DNA of 64,000 nucleotides from Eledone cirrhosa. Taxonomy: Eukaryota. The position numbers and the translations under genes were made by a program. Position 1 is the first letter of the stretch, and each line of letters starts with the position of its first letter. A model generated the notes under the pieces. It searched no databases. It had not been told where the DNA came from and worked only from the letters and a program-made list of their open reading frames with translations. The stretch spans positions 5,270,001-5,334,000 of the forward strand of contig OZ024755.1 of NCBI GenBank assembly GCA_964016885.1. The letters are read 5' to 3'. Positions 1-14,023 of the stretch are shown here, piece after piece.

Positions 1-386
1 TTTGTTTTAGTGTTCTTATTTTGAAAAAAAAAGAATAAACAACAAAAATGCTACTACCCCAGCATGGCCATAAGCCATGGTCTGGAACAGGTAAAAGAGG
101 TTAGTTAGGTTTATAATGGAAACCCCATATTATTTAAAAAAAAAAAAAAAAAATTTAAAATGTACAGAGATTTGTGTTTTGCTTCTGCCCCTCCCCCTCT
201 CCATACATACATACACACACACAAAATTGTTCTTTTAAAAACAATACTTAACAAAGTTTGTCTCTATGTATATTTAATATCCACCCTATCACCAGTGTTA
301 TAACCAATCTGGATTATTTTTGTTTATTTTATTTTTATTCTTTACATCACTTTGAATAACATTTTTTTTTGCCAGGATAGGGAAGA

Positions 387-425
<39 letters not shown>

Positions 426-616
426 CAACGGAAAATTTCTTTCTTTCTGTTTTTCTTCTTAAAATATCAAGATTTAGTTGCTATATATATATTTTGCATA
501 TAATCTTAAATTATCTTTTTTGATTTCTTATGGGCTATTGAGGTAACATGAGGCTTCATATATACCTTATCATACCAATAAATATTTAGCTTAGTTGTCA
601 GCCTTGTATATATGTA

Positions 617-653
<37 letters not shown>

Positions 654-1360
654 ATATATATATATATATATAATTGTTTGTATGTATGGATGTATTTTCT
701 TTTGAAGGGGGTGATAATTGGGGGTGATGTGGTGGAGGGGCAAGGTTTGAAAAATAAATTGTAACACATCAAAGTAGCGTTGCCATGGGGACTTTTGTAC
801 TGCCTATATGTCAATCAATAAGAACATATATATATACTTATATACATATATACACACATATATATATATATATATACATACACAAACACACACATATATA
901 TATATTATTGTTATTATTATTCTCATTATTATTAATATTTTTCTGTAAAATTATTTTTCTTTTGGGGGGAGAGGAGAGAAAGGGATTGGGGCATTCTTTT
1001 GTGTGTAATACAAATATACATGGAATGGATATGGTTTTAAAAAAACACAAAAAATACAAAAACAAAAGGGTTTTGACCATAGGCAGTATCAAAGAAGAAT
1101 TCATTTTTATCTTCGCAACGAAAATATTTTTCTTTTTCTTTTTTTTTTCTTTCTTCAAAACAATGATTATCATAACATTAATTGTTCTTTTTTGTTAAAA
1201 TTAATTATTCTTTTTTTTTTTTTTCAATTTCAAATATTTTCTTTTCTCTTTTTTTGTACCTAATAACACCAAATAATGTTTGTTTGAAACATACATAAAA
1301 GACTGAATCTTATATATATATATATATATATATATTTGTTTATTTTGCTTTTGTTCCTGT

Positions 1361-1400
<40 letters not shown>

Positions 1401-2331
1401 TATAATGGTGGTTAATGTATAGTAATAAAAAGGTTGGGGAACCATAAATGAAATGGATGTAAGATTAGTTTTGCTGGTATCAACAGAATATGAATCACGG
1501 ACGGACGTGTATATATATCTTCTTTTATTGTTGGTACCATCTTTGGTTTGCAAGTATTGTTGTTTTATTTATTTAAGTAATCATAATCACTGTATTTCCT
1601 CGGGTTGAAGATGTTCCGATGTCATGGATACACTCCCATTTTCTGTTGCTAAATTTTAACAAATGAAAGTTTAATATAAAAGCAAAACTTTCACTTTTAT
1701 GACTTTTGGGTCGCCAAAAAAGCTGGCTAAATTTTCCAAACTTATTGCGGAAAAAGACCCAGTATCTTCCATGCCAAGAAATATGGTAATTAGAATTATT
1801 TATTGATTATTATAATTAATTACTATGAATGTTTTCAGAAAGCTGGAACAATGCAAGTTAGAAATTCACGAGTGAAAACATAACAGCTTGCACTTTTGAA
1901 AAAATGAAAAGAGGATCTTAACCCCGAAATATAAAATAAAGTAGTAGTGTAAACTGTTGATTTGTTTTTCTTACTTAACTCTGGTTTTCACTCTTTTATT
2001 TTTAATTTGCATTATACCAGCTTTCCTGAAACAACCATAACCACGTATTGGTCAATGTTTCATATAAATTTTAATACTAATTAATACTAATTAATTTTAA
2101 TACTAATTAATTGATTTATTAGTTAATTTATTTACTTAGGTATGTCTTATGTAATTAATTAATTATGAACTTTCTAGAACATAACATCATGGTTATATTG
2201 GTTCTGTTAGTAATAACTTCAAATTTGGAGGTATTTCATATTCTCCCACAAGCTGCAGATACATCCAGCTATGAGTAGTAGACAGGTACAATACTAGCAC
2301 ATTCTCAAATTTCTCTATATATACACACACA

Positions 2332-2389
<58 letters not shown>

Positions 2390-2403
2390 ATATATATATA
2401 TGT

Positions 2404-2511
2404 AATTGTTTCTCCCTTTTGGCACAAGGCCAGCAATTATTCCAGTGCATTACTGGTACTTTATTTTATCGACCCCCGTAAGGATGAATGGTAAAGTTAA
2501 CCTCGGCGGGA
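2404..2511 (-). mobile_element. tRNA-derived SINE with Meta-domain-like core, 5'-truncated copy
   Basis: Plus strand reads GGCACAAGGCCAGCAAT...CTGGTACTTTATTTTATCGACCCCGTAAGGATGAA.GG.AAAGTTAACCTCGGCGGGA. Its reverse complement (CC.TTCATCCTTACGGGGTCGATAAAATAAAGTACCAG) resembles the MetaSINE core. More than 10 copies occur in the window. Confidence 0.75.
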
Positions 2512-2805
2512 TATATATATATATAATGTGTGTGTGTATGTATTTATAAGCATGTGTTTGTGAGTATGTGAGAAATTGTGTGTGTTTGCCTGTCCAAGGA
2601 TTTATGTCTGTCTGTATGTATGAATGTTTTTGTGTTTTCAAGTGGTTATATAAATGTACATATATCTAATTCTATCTATCAGGAACCCTCCACCATTGTC
2701 AGGAATGGTGGACCTTAACTAGGGATGCTGAATAAGCAAGCAAGTCAGGAGGAATACAATTTCATTCCCAATAGCCATGTTGTACAGGATATAAATCTGT
2801 CAAAA

Positions 2806-3920
2806 CTATATATATATATATATAGTTGTATACATATATATATATAACTATATATATATATATATATAACTATATATATATATATATAACTATATATATA
2901 TATAGTTATATATATATATATATATAGTTATATATATATATATAGTTATATATATATATAGTTATAGTTATATATAGTTATATATATATATATAGTTATA
3001 TATATATATATAGTTATATATATATATATAGTTATATATATATATAGTTATATATATATATATAGTTATATATATATATATAGTTATATATATATATATA
3101 TATAGTTATATATATATATATAGTTATATATATATAGTTATATATATATATATATAGTTATATATATATATATATAGTTATATATATATATATATAGTTA
3201 TATATATATATATATATAGTTATATATATATATATATAGTTATATATATATATATATAGTTATATATATATATATATATAGTTATATATATATATATATA
3301 TAGTTATATATATATATATATATAGTTATATATATATATATATATAGTTATATATATATATATATAGTTATATATATATATATATAGTTATATATATATA
3401 TATATATATATAGTTATAGTTATATATATATATAGTTATAGTTATATATATATATAGTTATAGTTATATATATATATAGTTATATATATATATATATATA
3501 TAGTTATATATATATATATATATATAGTTATATATATATATATATAGTTATATATATATATATATATATAGTTATATATATATATAGTTATATAGTTATA
3601 TATCTATATAGTTATATATATATATATATATATAGTTATATATATATATAGTTATATAGTTATATATCTATATAGTTATATATATAGTTATATAGTTATA
3701 TATCTATATAGTTATATATATAGTTATATAGTTATATATCTATATAGTTATATATATAGTTATAGTTATATAGTTATATATATAGTTATATATATATATA
3801 TATATAGTTATATAGTTATATATATATATATAGTTATATATATATAGTTATATAGTTATATATATATAGTTATAGTTATAGTTATATATATACTTATATA
3901 TAGTTATATATAGTTATATA
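2806..3920. repeat. Interrupted microsatellite array [GTTA(TA)n]x, about 1.1 kb
   Basis: (TA)n runs are regularly punctuated by GT. The first about 90 bp carry mostly the reverse-complement punctuation (AAC). Confidence 0.95.
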
Positions 3921-3979
3921 TTTAGAGTTACAAAACGTTTTAACTAAATCTTTTGTTATAAACAATATAACTATAATAG

Positions 3980-4011
<32 letters not shown>

Positions 4012-4284
4012 TGTAGTAGAAGTGGTAGTTGTGTTGTTAGTAGTAGTAGTAGTAGTATATTTGTCAACAATATTTTCTGATTTTTTATAATCTCTTTTTG
4101 TTACAAAAAGCAGGATGGCATTATTTGCATCAGATGCATCAAATGATGCACAATGTAGAGATGACATGCACATGTGCATGTGGTAATTGTTATAGATTTA
4201 TAATAGGATTGGGGTGAAGAGATGAGTAAAGAAATAGATGAAAAAGTCACATCTGAAGACCCCAGTATGTATTCATATATATGC

Positions 4285-4331
<47 letters not shown>

Positions 4332-4405
4332 AGTGTGTGTGTATATATGTGTATATATATATGTGTGTATATATATGTATATATATATGTATATATATAT
4401 ATATA

Positions 4406-4437
<32 letters not shown>

Positions 4438-4796
4438 CATATATATATGTATACACATACACTCACCCACATATATATATGTATACACATACACTCACCC
4501 ACATATATATATGTATACACATACACTCACCCACACATATATATGTATATACATACATATATATACACACACACACACAAACAAACAAACAAAAAACAGG
4601 AAAAAATTGACAATATTCCAAAATTGTTCCAAATGTTTTTCATTTTTCTTCATTTTTTGTTGTTGCTGTTTATGTTGTTGTTGCCATAGTGTTGCTGATG
4701 AAGATAATGTCGTTAATGATGATGATGATGTTGTTGATGATGATGTTATTGTATTGAATTTACGGTGCAACTTAGAAAAATATTCTGGTCTATTAC

Positions 4797-5675
4797 ATAT
4801 TTCTCTTATCACCCCTATTATTTCTTTTATCACCCCTATTATTTCTCTTATCACCCCTATTATTTCTTTTATCACCCCTATTATTTCTCTTATCACCCCT
4901 ATTATTTCTTTTATCACCCCTATTATTTCTCTTATCACCCCTATTATTTCTCTTATCACCCCTATTATTTCTCTTATTAACCATTACTATTGCTTTTATT
5001 ATCCGTAATATTTCTCTTATTAACCATTATTATTGCTTTTATTATCCCTATTATTTCTCTTATAATCCCTATTATTTCTCTTATCACCCCTATTATTTCT
5101 CTTATTAACCATTACTATTGCTTTTATTATCCGTAATATTTCTCTTATTAACCATTATTATTGCTTTTATTATCCGTAATATTTCTCTTATCACCCCTAT
5201 TATTTCTTTTATCACCCCTATTATTTCTCTTATCACCCCTATTATTTCTCTTATTAACCATTACTATTGCTTTTATTATCCGTAATATTTCTCTTATTAA
5301 CCATTATTATTGCTTTTATTATCCGTAATATTTCTCTTATCACCCCTATTATTTCTTTTATCACCCCTATTATTTCTCTTATCACCCCTATTATTTCTCT
5401 TATTAACCATTACTATTGCTTTTATTATCCGTAATATTTCTCTTATCACCCCTATTATTTCTCTTATCACCCCTATTATTTCTCTTATTAACCATTACTA
5501 TTGCTTTTATTATCCGTAATATTTCTCTTATTAACCATTATTATTGCTTTTATTATCCGTAATATTTCTCTTATCACCCCTATTATTTCTCTTATAATCC
5601 CTATTATTTCTCTTATCACCACTATTATTTCTCTTATAACCCCTATTATTTCTCTTATAACCCCTATTATTTCTC
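4797..5675. repeat. Minisatellite with a 21-bp unit interspersed with a derived about 43-bp unit
   Basis: ATTTCTCTTATCACCCCTATT is repeated, mixed with ATTTCTCTTATTAACCATTACTATTGCTTTTATTATCCGTAAT. This explains the ISLITPI and KRNNRGD ORFs. Confidence 0.95.
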
Positions 5676-5689
5676 TGTTGTTCGTATGG

Positions 5690-5840
5690 TGGACAAGGTT
5701 CTGGCTATTTATGTTCTGAGTTCAAATCCTGCAAAGTCAATAAAATAGGCTACTAGTAAAGTTCTGGCGGGGTCAGTATAATCAACTTTTCCTTTCTTCA
5801 AAATTTACTGGGCTTGTGCCTCTTCTAGAAATCAGTATTA
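5690..5840 (+). mobile_element. Degenerate Meta-domain-like SINE (plus orientation)
   Basis: B-box-like CTGAGTTCAAATCC and tail GGGCTTGTGCC...TAGAAA match the family in the opposite orientation. Confidence 0.5.
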
Positions 5841-5956
5841 TCATCATTATTATCCCAACTCCCATCTCAGCAAAAAAAAAAAAAATAAAACAAAATAACA
5901 CTCTTTGAGCCCAATAAAAAAACGTATCCAGACTTTTAGCAAATCAAGAAAATTAA

Positions 5957-5989
<33 letters not shown>

Positions 5990-6339
5990 ACATCATTACT
6001 GCTTTACCGAGCACAGCTCTGTGCACCTTGGGTACATGCAGTGTAGTTTTTGCTGATGTTGTTTCTATTGTATTGATAGTACTTTTTGTAATGTGTGCAA
6101 AGTGCCTAGAAGTGTTATTTATTTTTTTGTATGCTGTATATATCTGTAAGTCTTGGGGTCTTGGTTATGTATTTTTCTGTGTGTTGTTATTATTTTTATT
6201 GGATGTGTAATGTAAGTTAGTGTGCATGGATGGTGAAGTATGGATGAGCTGAAATAAAAGAACTGAAACAATGAGCAATGAGATGGAAGGAACAAGAGGA
6301 ATCAGATGATGCATGTAGATAGAAAAGAAGATTGGATTG

Positions 6340-6485
6340 GTGTTAAGATGTCTAGATGTCTAGATGGTGGTGGAAGATGTGAAGATGTCTAGATGGTAGT
6401 GGAAGATGTGAAGATGGTAGTGGAAGATGTGAAGATGGTGGTGGAAGATGTGAAGGTGTCTGGATGGTGGTGGAAGATGTGATGA
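6340..6485. repeat. 21-bp minisatellite GATGGTGGTGGAAGATGTGAA
   Basis: About 5-6 degenerate tandem copies. Confidence 0.85.
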
Positions 6486-6694
6486 TGTGCAGATGATGAA
6501 GATGATGGAAGGAGTGTTAGGCTGGTGTTGGAGGTAGATGAAGGGCTAAGAAAGACAGGGGCTGTTGTAGTTAAAGCTGACCTCAACAATTGCACCTCCT
6601 CACCGAGGAGAGAGAGAGATGCTGTTCTGATGTAAGCATGGAAAAATGAATGTAAAAACAATGTTGTTGATGATGACACAAACATACATATATA

Positions 6695-6726
<32 letters not shown>

Positions 6727-7009
6727 GTATATATTTGTATATATATGCGTATATATGTGCATAAAAAGATGTTGATGATGATTTTAATGATTATTATTGT
6801 TGCAGTTTCTATAATTTTACTGTTGCTAATAGCAACATGTAACCATTTCATGAAGCGAGTTCCTTTGATCTTTGTTCACCTGATTGATCATATTTTTCTT
6901 ATATTTCAACACCCGACCCCATCCCTAACCCTATTAAGCTGACACACCAACACACCTACATTGCTACCCCCAAGGGAGATAACTGCTAGATTGGCTTTAG
7001 GTAAAGAGT

Positions 7010-7195
7010 CTTGTTGTTGATGTTACTGTTGGTGTTGGTGTTGGTGTTGTTGTTGGTGTTACTGTTGGTGTTGTTGTTGGTGTTACTGTTGGTGGTGTTG
7101 TTGGTGTTACTGTTGGTGTTGTTACTGTTGGTGTTGGTGTTGTTGGTGTTGTTGTTACTGTTGGTGGTGTTGTTGTTACTGTTGGTGTTGCTGCT
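7010..7195. repeat. (GTT/GGT/ACT)n trinucleotide-based low-complexity tract
   Basis: Seen directly; it produces the poly-L/V ORF. Confidence 0.9.
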
Positions 7196-7369
7196 GATTA
7201 GATTGCTAAAAGGTTTTCACCCTTCTTTTTATGTTCTCTTTCTCTCTCTACTCATCTCTTTCCCTATCTCTTTCACTATACATACACACTCACACACACA
7301 CACACACACACACACTTACACACACACACACACTCACACATACACACACACACATACACAGACACACAG

Positions 7370-7403
<34 letters not shown>

Positions 7404-7979
7404 CTCATACTGTATCTCTTGCTCCTTCTTCCGCCACATGTGTGTGAGTGAGTTTATAATATTCTAATGCACAAGTATATGTATATGTATGAATGTGTGT
7501 GTATGCGTATTCAGTTTAGAACAGGTACACCATATGCACATGTCATAAGGGTTGGTGCCATGAAAGGTATCTGGTTGTTAAACCTTGCCTCTAAAACGAC
7601 CCCTACAATAGTGCCCACAAGGCTAACCCCTAATTTAGCTGGGGTACTTTCTTAAGATTTGGGTAGCATATCGGGCAACAAACTTCTTCCAATGCATTCA
7701 ATACTTTTCTTCTATTTTATATCTGTTCTAAGTGATGTTGTTGATGTTGATGATGATTTGATAATGGTGGTGCAGATGATCATCTTGATAATGATGGTGG
7801 TGGTAGAAATCATGATGGTGAGGATGATGTGGTGGTGGTGGTGGTGGTGATCATGATCAGGATATGATAGTGATGATGATGATGAAACCAAACTGAAATA
7901 AAGGATATATTTCAAATGAACACTTAAGGTGATACTAGCTTCAGGTTCAACTTGAGTTCTCTCCTGTCCCATTTCAACA

Positions 7980-8225
7980 TTCATGGCTCAGTAATGAGTT
8001 GGTGGCTCAATTCTAAGACAAAGACCTTTCATGGCTCAGTAAGGCTTTTAGGAGCTCTATATGTATGAGACAAAGACCTTTCATGGTTCAGTAAGGATCT
8101 TGGTAACTCCATATGTATGAGACAAAGCCCTTCCATGACTCAATAATAAATTTGGTAAAGTATGTATGAGGCAAAACTCTTCCATGGTTCAGTAATGACT
8201 CCATATGTGTGGGGATAAAGCCCAA
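7980..8225. repeat. Degenerate tandem repeat, unit about 50-60 bp
   Basis: TCATGGCTCAGTAA...ATATGTATGAGACAAAGACCTT recurs about 5 times. Confidence 0.75.
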
Positions 8226-8531
8226 TAAATATGTCCTAGTCAGCAAATTTGTCTTCCACCATGTTTGAAAATAACAGTTGTGGAAAGGATCTGATTTCTT
8301 TCATTTAATATCCACAATGAGACTTATCTGCAAATACTCCGTATTCCCGATGTTTAAACAGAACAAGACTCTTGGTATTATTGTTTGAGAGAGAGTTTGT
8401 TGAGTTGTGTTCAACATTTCTTTCTTGAAAGTTTTTTGTCGGCTTACTCACCAGTTAATCCTGGCACCCTGAGAGACATTTACAATATCATGTCATAACT
8501 TGCCAAATTTACTTCATTCCAGTAACTGCTG

Positions 8532-8595
<64 letters not shown>

Positions 8596-8615
8596 GGAAC
8601 AAAAGCAAAACATAT

Positions 8616-8798
8616 ATATATATATAGTAATAATAATAAATGTGGAGACTAAAATCCAAAGAGGGCTTGATAAGGATAAATATATATCAAATATATAAGA
8701 ACCCTAGAGCAAATATTTATTAAAATAACAGATTAAAGTTTCAGAAGATCCCGTTAAGGGTGAAAGCAGCGATTCTTTGCTTAAACTTTAATCTGTTA

Positions 8799-8805
<7 letters not shown>
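8616..8805. mobile_element. (TA)n-flanked fold-back element, family B (putative PLE pLTR remnant)
   Basis: Inverted arms TTAAAATAACAGATTAAAGTTT / AAACTTTAATCTGTTATTTTAA surround CAGAAGATCCCGTTAAGGGTGAAAGCAGC. Homologous copies lie at 41408-41497 and 54461-54945. Confidence 0.65.
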
Positions 8806-8863
<58 letters not shown>

Positions 8864-8943
8864 CTGTGACGAACTCTCTTGTTGATTTCAACATTGAGGA
8901 TCTGAACAATATGTTCAGTTTATTCATTTATATATATATATAT

Positions 8944-9352
8944 AACAAAGGAAATGTGGTAAAGAACCAGATGGACCATAATGCACCAAAGTACTCAATA
9001 CTTAGGGAAGTAGAGTGGGTAATAGGAACAAGTATAGTCCAGAATTAGCCATTGAAACGGCTTGACCTCTGCTATCGGGGTCATACTTGTTGCTATATAT
9101 ATATATATGGGATAACAAATTATCGTTATAGGTAATCCAGTTAGAGGTTGTGAGTACTCTGTATTGTGGATAGTTTTAACATATGGCGTTGTACTGTTGA
9201 CCATGTTATTCTCCACTCTTTCACTATATATATAGGACCCCGACGGCTGAGCTCCGGCCGTTTCAACAGCTAGATTCGAACTACTACCCCAAGTATCGAG
9301 TACTCTGGTGAGTAATGAATGGTCTAACTGGTTTTTACCGCCTCCAATCTGA
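8944..9352. mobile_element. Two (TA)n-flanked fold-back elements, family A (8944-9093 and 9233-9352)
   Basis: Shared family end ACAAAGGAAATGTGGTAAAGAACCAGATGGACCATAA...TACTCAATACTTAGGG, with an internal orientation switch in each copy. Confidence 0.7.
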
Positions 9353-9354
9353 TT

Positions 9355-9391
<37 letters not shown>

Positions 9392-9537
9392 ATGTGTTTA
9401 TGTCTGATCAATAGGGTATGTTTCCGGCTATTGACACATTTCCACAGTGATCAAATTTCTCTGTCACACACACACCAACACACACACACACCAACACACA
9501 CCAACACACACACACACACACCAACACACACACACAC

Positions 9538-9895
9538 AATTTAGGTACAAGGCTAGCATTTTGGGACAGGTTGAAAGTTGATAATATCAACCCCAGTGCA
9601 TTACTGGTACTTTATTTTATCGACCCCGTAAGGATGAAAGACAAAGCAAACCTCAGCAGGATTTGAACTCAAAACGTAAAGGGACATAACTCTATGCCAA
9701 AAAAGCATGTTGTCCAACACTCTAGTAATACTGGCAATCCACTGCGCTAATGGTAATAATTGTTTCTACTTTAGGCACAAGGCCAGCAATAACCCAGTAC
9801 ATTACTGGTACTTTATTTTATCGACCCCGTAAGGATGAAAGGCAAAGTTAACCTCAGCGGGATTTGAACTCAGATCATAAAGGGACGTAACTCTA
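9538..9895 (-). mobile_element. Two tandem Meta-domain-like SINEs
   Basis: Two consecutive copies of CTGGTACTTTATTTTATCGACCCCGTAAGGATGAAAG...GATTTGAACTC (reverse-complement B box GAGTTCAAATCC). Confidence 0.8.
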
Positions 9896-9971
9896 GTGGT
9901 AATAATAATTGTTAGCTTCGTACTTGGCCTCAGATTTATAGAATGGGATCATGTGGCATTCATGCCTTTCT

Positions 9972-10009
<38 letters not shown>

Positions 10010-10050
10010 TGTTGCATATGTATATATATATGTGTGTGTGTGTGTGTATG

Positions 10051-10089
<39 letters not shown>

Positions 10090-10104
10090 GTGTGTGTGTG
10101 TATA

Positions 10105-10165
<61 letters not shown>

Positions 10166-10711
10166 GCATATATATATATATATACATACATGTATATATA
10201 TGTATGTATGTGTGTGTGTGTGTATATATATGAAAATACACTAAAACAGCATCATCATCATCATCAGCTACTGCAACATCATCATCACCATCATAATCAA
10301 CATCATCATCATCATCATCATCATAATCAACGACAGTAACAACAAAAAAAAAAAACAAAAAAAAAAAAACAAACCTTTTCTGATAAATGCGATGATAAAA
10401 CCTTTGTAATATTGAGGTTTCCTTTCATCGCACAGACCTTTTTCTTCAGGTGGGTCACACTTGGATTGGTGAGACATGCTAGCATTTCTTTTTTTTTTGT
10501 TTTACAATAGAAAAAGTATCCCAGAATCCTTTGACAAAAACTTCTGGACAAATGTTTTGGGATTAAAACAAGTTCTTTTCTTTATTTTTTTTAGATTTCC
10601 AAGTCATATCATGTGAAAGATTTTGTGCGAAAAAATTAATTTTTGGGGTCAGTGAAAGAGGGGGGGGCTTTAACTTTGTCTTTTTAGAATTGAAAAGAAA
10701 TATTTAATAGA

Positions 10712-10748
<37 letters not shown>

Positions 10749-13175
10749 TTGTGTGTGTGTGTGTGTTTGTGTGTGTTGCTGTGTTTGTGTGTGTGTGTTA
10801 CTGTGTTTATGTGTGTGTGTGTCGCTGTGTGTACGTGTGTGTCGCTGTGTGTGTGTCGCCTTGTTTGTGTGTCGCTGTATGTGTATGTGCGTGTGTCACC
10901 TTGTTTATATGTGTGTGTGTGTCACTGTTTATGTGAGGTGTATGTATGAATGTGTGGTATATATGTGAGTGTGTGCATGTTTATATATATATATATGTGT
11001 ATATATATATACACACATATATATATGTATGGGTGTGTCTGTAAGATTGTATACATGTGTGTGTGTGTAAAAATATATGTGTGTGTGTGATGGTGCATCT
11101 GTTTAAATATCAAGTATAGGTTCACTTTATTCCTGCATGTCAGAAGTCTAAAAATGGTGCTTATCTCAGTTTCCGTGCACACACACACGTGTGTGTGTGT
11201 GTTGTGTCAGTGTGTTCTACTTGATTGTCTCCCTTTAATGCACTCTCCTCCATCAACAACAATTAAACAAGCAATTAATTTAATTAGAATAACTTAATTC
11301 AGTTTAATTTAATTGAATTAAGAGGGTCATATTTCATTAAGGAACAAAGTAAATGACAAAGACACTGTGAACGATGTAGCGGATAAGAAAGGCTTTAGTA
11401 CCATTACTTGGTCTCTCTTTATTCGACTGGTAATGGTGGTTATATTCCTGTGCAAGTTTGCATAGCAGTTATGTAGTGTGCTGTGAAAACTACGTCATAT
11501 ATGTGTGTATATATATTTGTGTGTGTGTATATATATTTATGTGTATGTATATATGTATGCATATGTGTGCATGTGTATGTATTTGTGTGTATATATTTGT
11601 GTGTGTGTGTTTGTGTATATATATTTGTGTGTGTGTATTTATGTATATGTATGTATATATATGTGTGTATGTGCATATATATTTGTGTGTGTGTGGTGTG
11701 TGTGCATGTGTCTATATATGTATGTGTGTGTTTGTCTGTATATATTTGTGTGTGTTTGTGTGTATATATTTGTGTGTGTGAGTGTGTGTGTTTGTGTGTG
11801 TATATATATATGTGTGTTTGTGTGTATATATTTGTGTGTGAGTGTGTGTGTTTGTGTGTGTGTGTGTGTGTGTGTATATTTGTGTGTGTGAGTGTGTTGT
11901 ACTGTATCTGAAATGTTAGCATTTTATTTATTTTTTTAACTGGTTGTAAATGAGATAAGGAGGGAGATAGAGAGATAGAGAGATAGAGATAGAGAGAGAG
12001 AGAGAGAGAAAGAGAGAGATGTTGTAGGAGGTGATAAAGAAGAACAAGAAGAACAAAAAAAAACAATAAAAAAAGAAGCAAAAAACAAACCATTATTCAT
12101 TCTTGTATTTTTCTTTTCTTTCCTTTTATAAAGAACACCCCCCTTCCTCCAAAAACGTGTATGTCAGGCAAGGGAGGGAGGAAGGGGCAGAGGACCCCCA
12201 TCCCACCCACCCCCACAAAAACTTTGAACAACAACAATAATAACAAAAAAAAACCAAAAAAAAAAAAACCATCTCCCAACATTTCACAGATTTTGACATG
12301 GAATTGAAATAAGTGTTTATTATTATTATTATTATTTAAAAAAAAGAAAAAGAAATGTAACCCCTCCTCCCTCCCGCAGAAATGAAATTATTAATTAAGT
12401 TAATAGATAATTAATTAAAATTTTATTTTATTTGATTTTTTGTTTGTTTTGGTTGGTTCAACACAGAAATTATAACAGTCATATTATTATTATTATTATT
12501 ATTTTGTCCAATTTGGTTTGACTGTACATCATTACAATAATTGTTATTGTTACTATTATCATTATTAAAACAAATCTCATTTTTTTGGTTATCAATATTA
12601 TTATTGTTATTATTTTTATTGTAAGTGCCTCAGAAGTTTGGCAATTATTTGTCTAAAAATTCTGAGAAAACCTTTTGTCATTTATTCATGGATTGTCTTC
12701 AGTGTGTTTGCCTGCCCCCTTCACATCCAATGCATATAAATTGATAACATCAAGGTAGACTTATCCAGAGGCAGACTGGAACTGACCAATACAGGGGGTA
12801 GGGGGAGAGCAAAGTCCAGTGTGTTCCTTCCATCCTTGGGCTGGGCTCGATTGGGTTAAAATTAACAACAACAACAACATAATGAAAAAACAAAGACAAA
12901 AACAAGAACAAAAACAGCTGAAAAACATTTCTGAACAATAGGGCCGCTGACCTGAGAGGTAGCGGATAACCATGGCCGATTTTAAAGATCTGGTCCGCTC
13001 CTGGGCTTACCATTTCAATAATGAGACATACTTTAGGAATAAAATCTCTTTCGAATAATATTATACATTACATTTTGCTGGAAATATTGTAAGAGGTTTT
13101 CTACTTTCAAGTCTGCCTCGTAAGATAAGATATATCTTGATTGAGATAATATTTGCTTATACATACATATATACA

Positions 13176-13241
<66 letters not shown>

Positions 13242-13396
13242 AATATACATATAACTAATCCCTGACGCACATATATTCATATTACAAATCACACCTACAT
13301 ACACACACACATATATGCACACACACACATACATATATCATCATCATCAGCATAGGATGTAAATTGATGTTATACGTACATATATATACACTTGTA

Positions 13397-13434
<38 letters not shown>

Positions 13435-13839
13435 TATATATATATGTATGTGTGTATATTTACACAAACATATATATATACATTTATAAATATACACATT
13501 TATATCTATATATATATATATATATATTGATACACACACATATTCACAAAATCATATCACATTTGTACACTAAACAACCATTTTTAAACATTTACATATA
13601 TATACAAATATATATACACATAATATACACACATGCTGTCGGAAGGGCGGGCAATCACATTTGTGTAAGCAAGAATATAAATATATATATTATATATATT
13701 TGCATACTTATGTAAATAGGTCAAGTATATGTAGATATCAATCTACATAATTTATCACATACACAGGTATACATAAAAGATATCACCCTTTTAATATCAT
13801 CACCGATAACATTTTACAATCATTATCAAAACATAATAC

Positions 13840-13948
13840 TTTATATACATTTATATACATATATATACATAGATACATACATGCATACATACATATATAT
13901 ATACATACATACATATACATATGCATACATACATTTATATACATACAT

Positions 13949-14023
<75 letters not shown>

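Noticed and set aside
1585-2190. Possible DNA-transposon remnants
   Set aside because: Only a terminus-like CTGTATTTCCTCG was seen, with no matching second TIR or coding trace, so no call was made.
5998-6042. Pre-miRNA-like hairpin (GCACAG-CT-CTGTGC)
   Set aside because: The stem is too short and bulged, the loop is too small, and no recognisable mature miRNA is present.
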